Source of the DNA: a virus | Length of the DNA stretch: 64,000 nt | IMG/VR virus record: IMGVR_UViG_3300022074_000013 | Location: 1 to 64,000 of that record | Reading direction: 5' to 3' (one strand) | Part shown: positions 56,855 to 64,000 of the stretch, piece by piece | Layout: each line of letters opens with the position of its first letter | Numbering within the stretch: position 1 is the first letter of the stretch | Notes under the pieces: model-generated | What the model saw: only the letters and a program-made list of their open reading frames with translations | Told to the model about the DNA's origin: nothing | Databases searched by the model: none | Made by a program: the position numbers and the translations under genes

Positions 56855-56877
56855 GATACTTTTTACATTAAATTATT

Positions 56878-57141
56878 ATGAGTAAACGAAAAATCTTAGA
56901 TTCTTGGAAAAGACCAATAGAAGTAGAGGACTCCGATTCCGATATAATTCCTGAACAGTTAAAGTTCCAATTCCAACCTAGAGACGCTACACCTGAACAG
57001 ATTGCTAAATGGCAAGAGACGGAAGGTAAATGGTGGGCGGATAGAGCTTTATTGTTTGTTGCAATTGCGTCAGTGATACAGTTTTCTGCAATGGGTATGA
57101 TGTTGTTATCCTTTTATCTGATACAACTTTCAGTTGGATAA
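56878..57141 (+). CDS. Small membrane protein
   Basis: C-terminal hydrophobic segment ALLFVAIASVIQFSAMGMMLLSFYLI. Confidence 0.6.
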   Translation: MSKRKILDSWKRPIEVEDSDSDIIPEQLKFQFQPRDATPEQIAKWQETEGKWWADRALLFVAIASVIQFSAMGMMLLSFYLIQLSVG

Positions 57142-57191
57142 ATACTAAAAACCCTCTTACATATTAGTAAGTATTAACATATAATAGATAC

Positions 57192-57764
57192 ATGACTAAA
57201 AAAACCACTGATAAGAAACAAGCGGAACATTACGTAAATAACAAAGAGTTTACAGCTGCCGTTGCGGAGTACAATGCGTCCGTTAAACTTGCAGAAGAAA
57301 AAGGTAAACAACCACCACGTATGACAGAATATATTGGTGAGTGTATTTACAAGATTGCAACCCGTTTGTCCACACGTCCAAATTTCATTAACTATACCTA
57401 TAGAGATGAAATGATTTGTGACGCTATAGAAAACTGTCTACAGTATATAAACAACTTCAACGTTGAAAAATCTAACAATGCATTCGCATACGTTACACAA
57501 ATTTGTTACTATGCATTCCTAAGACGTATTCAAAAAGAAAAGAAACAAGTCTTTATCAAGCAAAAACAGATAGAAGAAGCGGGTATTACAATGGACGCTT
57601 ATACTACTATTGACGGTTCTCATGACCCTACATTTGTAAATACAAACGTAGAATGGATGCAGGAACACATGAACCACGTGGAATATGAACCACGTAAAAG
57701 TAAAAAGAAGTCAGGTAAAGCAAAAGCAAATCTTGACCAAGACTTGAGCAAAAACAACACTTAA
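57192..57764 (+). CDS. gp55: Late transcription sigma factor
   Basis: HYVNNKEF, YIGECIYKIA..LS.RPNFINYTYRDEMICDAIENCLQY..NF..EKS.NAFAY.TQI.YYAFLRRI.KEKKQ. Confidence 0.97.
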   Translation: MTKKTTDKKQAEHYVNNKEFTAAVAEYNASVKLAEEKGKQPPRMTEYIGECIYKIATRLSTRPNFINYTYRDEMICDAIENCLQYINNFNVEKSNNAFAYVTQICYYAFLRRIQKEKKQVFIKQKQIEEAGITMDAYTTIDGSHDPTFVNTNVEWMQEHMNHVEYEPRKSKKKSGKAKANLDQDLSKNNT

Positions 57765-58831
57765 TGAAAATAGCTATTTTGAATGACACACATTGCGGTG
57801 TCAGGAACGATATGGTTGAAATGTCTGATTATCAGGGACGTTTCTATAAAGAGATATTCTTTCCATATCTAGACCAACACGATATCAAACATATCATTCA
57901 TATGGGTGATTATTTTGATAGACGAAAATTCATAAACTTTGCGTCCATGCAAAGAAACATTGAGCACTTTGTAAAACCTATGATAGAAAGAGGTATTACA
58001 ATGGACTTGATAATAGGTAACCATGATACCTATTATAAGAACACTAACGAAGTAAACTCACCTGCCTTATTACTATACGGTCAACCTAATATCACTGTAC
58101 ATGAAGAACCTGTAGTTAAAGAATATGACGGTTTAGATGTTGCACTTGTTCCATGGATTAATAATGAAAACTATGCAGACAATATAGAGTTCTTTCAATC
58201 CGCACCAGCACCAATCTGTATGGGACACTTTGAAATAGAAGGTGCCATGATGAATCCTGCAATGGTATGTTCACACGGATTAAACCCAAGTTACTTGAAG
58301 AGATTTGAAAAAGTTTACAGTGGTCACTTCCACCACAAAACAGACGTAGAGAATATACGCTACGTAGGTTCACAAATGCAATTCACTTGGTCAGATTTTG
58401 GAGACGAAAAATATTTCCATATCTTTGATACTGATACAAGAGAAATGTTACCTGTGCATAATCCACTAACAATGTTTGAAAAGGCATTCTATAATGATAC
58501 CGAAGAATCTTTTGAATCGATTGCTAATGACGATTATGAAAAGTACAGAGGAAAGTTTGTAAAGGTAATCGTAATAGAAAAGGAGAACCCATATTGGTTT
58601 GATACATTCCTAGACAAACTTCATGGTGTCAATCCGTTACACGTATCAGTTGTAGACGATAACAAACACATGGACTTCTTTGATGATGAAGAAATAGAAA
58701 ATGTTGAAGACACATTGACTATCTTATCAAAGTACGTTGAAGGTCTAGAGATACAAGGTAAGAAAAAAGAACTAGACAAAATAATGAAGTCACTGTACCA
58801 TGAAGCATTGGAAGAACATAACTTTTTATGA
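57764..58831 (+). CDS. gp47: Recombination nuclease (Mre11/SbcD-like)
   Basis: DTHCG, GDYFDRRK, GNHD, GHFE, SGHFH. Confidence 0.96.
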   Translation: MKIAILNDTHCGVRNDMVEMSDYQGRFYKEIFFPYLDQHDIKHIIHMGDYFDRRKFINFASMQRNIEHFVKPMIERGITMDLIIGNHDTYYKNTNEVNSPALLLYGQPNITVHEEPVVKEYDGLDVALVPWINNENYADNIEFFQSAPAPICMGHFEIEGAMMNPAMVCSHGLNPSYLKRFEKVYSGHFHHKTDVENIRYVGSQMQFTWSDFGDEKYFHIFDTDTREMLPVHNPLTMFEKAFYNDTEESFESIANDDYEKYRGKFVKVIVIEKENPYWFDTFLDKLHGVNPLHVSVVDDNKHMDFFDDEEIENVEDTLTILSKYVEGLEIQGKKKELDKIMKSLYHEALEEHNFL

Positions 58832-60543
58832 TAAATTTTAAAAAAGTAAGATACAAAAATCTATTATCAAGTGGTAACAAGTTTACCGAAATACGATTAG
58901 ACAAACACCAAACGACTCTTATATTAGGTGAGAACGGCAGTGGTAAGTCTACACTTCTTGACGCTTTATGTTTTGGATTGTATGGACGTGGGTTTCGTAA
59001 TCTAAAGAAAGATTTACTTATCAATAGTATCAACGAGAAAGGTCTAGAAGTAGAGATTGAATTCTCTATTGGTACAAAACAATACAAGGTAATCCGTGGT
59101 GCAAAACCAAACAAGTTTGAATTATATCTTGATGACGTAATGCTTAATCAAGACGCAAACGTAAGAGACTACCAAGAACACTTAGAAAAACAAATTCTGA
59201 AAATGAGTTTCCGCTCATTTACACAGGTCGCAATATTAGGTTCTGCTAACTTTACTCCGTTCATGCAGTTGAAAGCAAAGGACAGAAGAAACTTAGTGGA
59301 AGACCTATTGGATATCTCTATATTCTCTACTATGCAAGACATACTAAGGAAAAGGATATCAACACATCAAAATGAAATCACTGAGACTAGTCATGAAATC
59401 AATATTATGGAAGAGAGGATTCATGGATTGAATGAGCAACTTAATGTACTACGTGAAAACCGAGAGAGTAAAATCTTAAAGTATGAATCCACAGTAGGGG
59501 AAACCCAAGATAACATTAATCAACTCATGGAGAACATAGATGAAAAGACGCAAGATGTGGTGGCGCAAGCACGACTTATCGAGGATAAAGATACTAAAGA
59601 AAATAAACTCACAGAACTTATGGACTTGGAACGACAACTCGAAACGGCTCGTAAGAAAACAATTAGAGAAATCAAATTCTACGAAGACAATGACGAATGT
59701 CCCACCTGCGAGCAGTCCTTAGATGAAACGCACAAGAAAGAACACATTGAACAGAAGGAGACTAAGAAGACGGAGTTGTCAACTGCTATCGAAGAAATTG
59801 AAAAACAAATCGGAGAGTGTTCAAGAAGACTTGAAGAAATAAGAGAAATTCAATCTAAGATAGAAGAGATACAGAAAAAAATAAGTCTCTTACAAACAGA
59901 AGTAGTATCCAATCAAAAGTATATTACTAAACTGCAAAAAGAAATCGAAGACCTAAAAGGTGAAGCAACTGCAGGTTCAGATGCAGAAGATAAAATTGTA
60001 GATTCAGAAGATAAACTCGAAGTTCTTTTACAGAAGAAAGAAACACAAACAGAAACTTCTCACTACTATGATATCGCTTCAACACTTCTTAGAGACCAAG
60101 GTGTAAAACAAAAGATTATCAAACAGTATGTTCCTATTATGAACAAACTAATCAACAAATATCTAGCACAACTAGAGTTCTATGTTGGTTTTGAGATTGA
60201 CGAATCTTTTGAAGAAACAATCAAATCTAGATTCAGAGACGTATTCAAATACGATAATTTCTCTCAGGGTGAAAAGATGAGAATTGACTTATCATTACTA
60301 TTCACTTGGAGAAGTATTGCAAGAATGAAAAATAGTGTTAACACTAATTTACTTATTCTTGACGAAGTATTTGATAGTAGTTTAGATAGTGCTGGTACAG
60401 ACGACTTCTTAAAACTATTGAATGGTATGCCTGAAAGAACAAACGCATTTATCATATCTCATAAAGGGGACGCATTGTATGATAAGTTCAATGACGTACT
60501 ACGTTTTGAGAAATATAAGAACTTTTCAAGGGTTATGGAGTGA
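58828..60543 (+). CDS. gp46: Recombination ATPase (Rad50/SbcC-like)
   Basis: GENGSGKS, CPTC zinc hook, FSQGEKMRIDL, LILDEVFDSSLD, IISH. Confidence 0.97.
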   Translation: MINFKKVRYKNLLSSGNKFTEIRLDKHQTTLILGENGSGKSTLLDALCFGLYGRGFRNLKKDLLINSINEKGLEVEIEFSIGTKQYKVIRGAKPNKFELYLDDVMLNQDANVRDYQEHLEKQILKMSFRSFTQVAILGSANFTPFMQLKAKDRRNLVEDLLDISIFSTMQDILRKRISTHQNEITETSHEINIMEERIHGLNEQLNVLRENRESKILKYESTVGETQDNINQLMENIDEKTQDVVAQARLIEDKDTKENKLTELMDLERQLETARKKTIREIKFYEDNDECPTCEQSLDETHKKEHIEQKETKKTELSTAIEEIEKQIGECSRRLEEIREIQSKIEEIQKKISLLQTEVVSNQKYITKLQKEIEDLKGEATAGSDAEDKIVDSEDKLEVLLQKKETQTETSHYYDIASTLLRDQGVKQKIIKQYVPIMNKLINKYLAQLEFYVGFEIDESFEETIKSRFRDVFKYDNFSQGEKMRIDLSLLFTWRSIARMKNSVNTNLLILDEVFDSSLDSAGTDDFLKLLNGMPERTNAFIISHKGDALYDKFNDVLRFEKYKNFSRVME

Positions 60544-60553
60544 TAAATAAACG

Positions 60554-61618
60554 ATGCAAATATTAAAAACAGAAACACCCAAAGAAGTACGAGACTTTCC
60601 AGCGAAAGAAGAACTAAACCCTACAGACGTTGTAGAGATATTCCAAACACCTTTAACAGGTTCTTACAATTGGGACTACACAGTCCAAGATAATCGTATC
60701 AAAAAACTATACGAACTAGGTAAGAAGTTAAATTGGAATGTAGAAGTTGACGTTGATTGGTCACCGCCATTCAAACCAATGACATCTGAGTTCTTTGAAT
60801 TCCAAGACAATCAATGGAAGAATCACGAACAATACAAAACATTAACCCAAGAAGAAAAGGAAGAATTTCACCAAGATTTAAATTCATGGTCAGTAAGTCA
60901 ATTCCTTCATGGAGAACAAGGTGCATTATTAGTTGCGTCACAATTAGCCAGTTGTGCACCCACATTCAATGCAAAACTCTATGCAGCTTCTCAGACATTT
61001 GACGAAGCACGACATGTCGAAGCTTTTAACAAATATCTACAGACAAGACTCAAACGTTCATGGCCAATTGGCAGAAGTCTAAAAGGATTACTTGATAAAA
61101 TTTTAACTGACCCACGTTGGGATTTAAAATTTATAGGTATGCAAGTTGTCATTGAAGGTTTAGCATTAGCCGCTTTTCAAGCAAGTCGAGAAACAAGTAC
61201 CGACCCTGTATACAAAGAAATGATAGGACTTATCATTAGGGACGAAGCAAGACATGTAACTTTTGGTATCAACTATCTAACTGATTTTGTCCAAACACTT
61301 TCAGAAGAAGAACAAATAGACAGGGCAAACTTTGCCTTGGAAGCATGTACTGTAAGTAGAAATAGACTTAAACCAACTGCTGTATGGGAAAAGTATGGAT
61401 TTGACGTTGATTATACATTAGACTACGAAAAACATAATATCTTTACCTCACAATTCCAAGACATACTATTTACTAGAATCATGCCAAACCTTAAAAAGAT
61501 TGGACTACTGCGTGAAGAACTTATACCTGAATACGAAAAGTTAGGTGTTATGGGATACGCAGAAGGTGACAGTGATTATGAAACAAGTTGGGAAGAATTA
61601 TCGAAACCACTTAAGTGA
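60554..61618 (+). CDS. Ferritin-like diiron oxygenase (AurF/N-oxygenase-like family)
   Basis: Diiron ligands: FLHGEQGAL, DEARHVEAF, VIEGLALAAF, DEARHVTFG. Confidence 0.8.
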   Translation: MQILKTETPKEVRDFPAKEELNPTDVVEIFQTPLTGSYNWDYTVQDNRIKKLYELGKKLNWNVEVDVDWSPPFKPMTSEFFEFQDNQWKNHEQYKTLTQEEKEEFHQDLNSWSVSQFLHGEQGALLVASQLASCAPTFNAKLYAASQTFDEARHVEAFNKYLQTRLKRSWPIGRSLKGLLDKILTDPRWDLKFIGMQVVIEGLALAAFQASRETSTDPVYKEMIGLIIRDEARHVTFGINYLTDFVQTLSEEEQIDRANFALEACTVSRNRLKPTAVWEKYGFDVDYTLDYEKHNIFTSQFQDILFTRIMPNLKKIGLLREELIPEYEKLGVMGYAEGDSDYETSWEELSKPLK

Positions 61619-61621
61619 AAA

Positions 61622-61629
61622 TATAAATA
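61622..61629 (+). promoter_or_regulatory. Late promoter
   Basis: TATAAATA. Confidence 0.8.
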
Positions 61630-61634
61630 GTATT

Positions 61635-63017
61635 ATGAAGTCTTTCTCACAATTCACAGACAAAATTACCGTAACGAATCCTAAGCATGTGATTCGTGAG
61701 TTAACTGTGTCACCACACTACAAAAACAGAAACGGATTCAATCCTTATTATGTTCTAGACATAGACGATAAAGATGTCAAAGCAACAGTAGGTGCAGGAA
61801 AGATACTTTATAAATCAGTAGAGAATCCTACAGGTGAACTTCTCAAAAAATTAGGTAATGGTAAATACTATTTTCAAGTAGAACTAGACGGTTCTGATAC
61901 TCCGTATTACATTCAATCAACTAAAGCAAAAGTCAAAGCACACTTTGGAAGTAAGAGTAGAAAGGATTCAACTGCTTCTTCCAACGTGAATGAATTACTA
62001 ACCGTACACTTCTTAATACACCCCGACCAAATTCAAAATCAATTTGACTTTGAGAAATGGGTTGCAGGACAAAGTGGCGGAACAGGAGTTCTTGCAGGTT
62101 CAGGAAAAGAAGTCACCTATGAAGACATAGTTATGTTATTAGATAAAGACGAAACTTCATTGAGAGATATTCTAATCGGAATGAACAATGCAAAAGCAGT
62201 TGCAAAAGATTTAAAAGGAAGGTCAATCAAAAATGTATATTGGGTTCCAAGAGGTAAACCTGCAGGGATAGGTGGTAAGAATCCTTCGGACGTTATCGTT
62301 CAAACTGCAGACGGATATCAAGGATACTCTAACAAGATATCAGGTGGTGCAGACGCTACACCTAAAATCAATACAAACTTAGTTGCATTCTATTCTAAAG
62401 TAGGAGATAAGGGACAACTTGGTAGAATTAAATCTATGATTGATAACGCATGGGTCAAAGCGACTTCCATGATAGACCCCAAATATAAGAATGCTCACAA
62501 AGCAATCAACTCATTTAATATCAAGAAAGAAAAGTATAGTGAGTCCTCTTCACAAAGAGCATTCGCTACAATAGCAAAAGAATTCCAAAAAGATAAATTA
62601 GATTTCTATTCAAAAGATTTCTATTGGCCTTTTAGGAATGCTTTACTAGACGACTTTTCAAAATATGTTTCTTCACCAAGAAACCTACTATACTTTTTGA
62701 ATACTATAGGTTACTATACATATGACGACCCTAATTCAACACCATGTCCATATAAACTATTGATAGGTAGTGAGAAGGGTTCAACAATTAAAGACGTTAG
62801 TGGAGACGACAGTTTTAGACAAATGTTAATGTCAGATAATGCTAGTGATTTTAGTAAAATAAAATCTTCGTATGACGGTAAACAACAAACGTTTAAGTTG
62901 TCTTGGCATTATAAACCTTTAAAGATTGACGCAACCATGCCAGTTGTTTTAAGAACTAGACAAGCAGGGGGTTGGTCAGGTAAATCTTTATATGTAACCA
63001 GTAGTGGAATAAAATAA
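61635..63017 (+). CDS. Late protein, possible internal head protein with PD-(D/E)xK-like nuclease motif
   Basis: Start 5 nt after TATAAATA; MKSFSQF N-terminus; NELL...NPSDVIV..GYSNK. Confidence 0.5.
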   Translation: MKSFSQFTDKITVTNPKHVIRELTVSPHYKNRNGFNPYYVLDIDDKDVKATVGAGKILYKSVENPTGELLKKLGNGKYYFQVELDGSDTPYYIQSTKAKVKAHFGSKSRKDSTASSNVNELLTVHFLIHPDQIQNQFDFEKWVAGQSGGTGVLAGSGKEVTYEDIVMLLDKDETSLRDILIGMNNAKAVAKDLKGRSIKNVYWVPRGKPAGIGGKNPSDVIVQTADGYQGYSNKISGGADATPKINTNLVAFYSKVGDKGQLGRIKSMIDNAWVKATSMIDPKYKNAHKAINSFNIKKEKYSESSSQRAFATIAKEFQKDKLDFYSKDFYWPFRNALLDDFSKYVSSPRNLLYFLNTIGYYTYDDPNSTPCPYKLLIGSEKGSTIKDVSGDDSFRQMLMSDNASDFSKIKSSYDGKQQTFKLSWHYKPLKIDATMPVVLRTRQAGGWSGKSLYVTSSGIK

Positions 63018-63018
63018 T

Positions 63019-63630
63019 ATGTATGAACTAGTTGAAGAGGCCGCAAAGGTCTTACGTAATCCTACTGAAAAGTTTGATTTCGATAATCCGCAAACAGACC
63101 CAAAAGAATTACAAGCAGGTCTCGTAGAAACCATGGGAAAATATGGTGGACTTGGTTTAAGTGCTAATCAAGTCGGTGTAGACCTGAGTGTTTTTGTTAT
63201 GCAAACACAGGACGAAGGAATCGTTGCATTTTTCAATCCTGAGTTAGTTCAGATATCTCAAGAAACAGAAATGATGAAGGAAGGTTGTCTTTCTTTTCCC
63301 GACATATATATTATGCTCAAGCGACCAAAAGTAGTTGTAATGGACTACCAAACAGTTGACGGTGAAAAACGTTCAATAAAGTTAGAAGGATTGGGTGCAA
63401 GGTGTGTGCAACATGAAATAGACCACTTAAATGGTATTATATTTTTACAACGTGCATCACAATTAAAAATAGAACGTGCTCTAAAATCAAGACCAAAAGA
63501 AAGAGCAAAGAGATTAGAATATGAACAACGCAGAGCAATCGCAGAAGCCCTACGAACCGCAAATGCTGAAAAATCTGTTGACTCCGAACGAGTGCCAACA
63601 GATAATACACTTTCACAAAACGCATCATAA
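63019..63630 (+). CDS. def: Peptide deformylase
   Basis: GLGLSANQVG, EGCLSFP, QHEIDHLNG. Confidence 0.95.
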   Translation: MYELVEEAAKVLRNPTEKFDFDNPQTDPKELQAGLVETMGKYGGLGLSANQVGVDLSVFVMQTQDEGIVAFFNPELVQISQETEMMKEGCLSFPDIYIMLKRPKVVVMDYQTVDGEKRSIKLEGLGARCVQHEIDHLNGIIFLQRASQLKIERALKSRPKERAKRLEYEQRRAIAEALRTANAEKSVDSERVPTDNTLSQNAS

Positions 63631-64000
63631 CTTAAGAACCGTAGGAAACGGTGCTGGTTACAAGGGTATAAGATTTTGTCATGTCCAAACACAATGGGTA
63701 CGAACTCTAATAGATAGAGTTTGGATACGATTAGTTGCTCAAGTTTATAAAACCCAAGGTAAAATTGTTTATCCCGAAATGATTGGAATCAATGAATGGG
63801 TTATTGGTGGATATCAAGACCCACATTTAGATACTTACTCTACGCAGTCAGAACACTTACCAAACTTTGACCCCAACGAAAAACAAAGAGAGTGGACTTG
63901 TATTTTATATTTAAATGATAATTTCTCAGGTGGTGAAACTTATGTACCTAACGGAGAAACTTTTGTTCCTGAAACAGGTGCAGGATTATTGTTTCAAGGC
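63563..64000 (+). CDS. 2OG-Fe(II) oxygenase, partial (runs off window)
   Basis: Own translation MLKNLLTPNECQQII...QDPHLD...WTCILYLNDNFSGGET...PETGAGLLFQG; an in-frame ATG is also present at 63521. Confidence 0.85.
   Translation, partial: MLKNLLTPNECQQIIHFHKTHHNLRTVGNGAGYKGIRFCHVQTQWVRTLIDRVWIRLVAQVYKTQGKIVYPEMIGINEWVIGGYQDPHLDTYSTQSEHLPNFDPNEKQREWTCILYLNDNFSGGETYVPNGETFVPETGAGLLFQG

Noticed and set aside
1-64000. Alternative genetic code (stop reassignment)
   Set aside because: All core genes translate full length in code 11.

Overview
AT-rich segment of a T4-like (Tevenvirinae/Kyanoviridae-style, probably aquatic or marine) myophage genome. It carries almost the whole virion module: tape measure/hub, baseplate gp26/51/54/48/53/5/25/6/7/8, a VrlC-like giant protein, tail fibres, neck gp13-15, terminase gp16/17, sheath, tube, portal, protease, scaffold and major capsid. 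After it come gp3, uvsY, uvsW, sigma factor gp55, gp47/46 and auxiliary enzymes (ferritin-like diiron oxygenase, peptide deformylase, four 2OG-Fe(II) oxygenases). No tRNA, rRNA, CRISPR or transposase was recognised. The most striking observation is two paralogous Tyr/Pro/Gln/Arg-rich proteins (24994-26406 and 32779-34152), each encoded right after a tail fibre. Their repeats are mirror-symmetric about a central turn, with a fixed motif-to-partner-motif code and matched repeat lengths on both arms, as expected for a giant antiparallel beta-hairpin filament. The second is followed by a late-promoter cluster of candidate modifying enzymes (ParB-like/GT8-like glycosyltransferase fusion, two 2OG-Fe(II) hydroxylases, a hotdog-fold protein). 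Also notable: a probable programmed -1 frameshift joining gp26 to gp51 upstream of the tape measure gene, widespread leaderless late genes, a gp5 spike with an HxH apex, an antisense sigma70 promoter upstream of gp55, a possible small late RNA after gp23, and apparent GGWCC/GATC avoidance. All calls come from motif recognition and synteny; no database searches were run.
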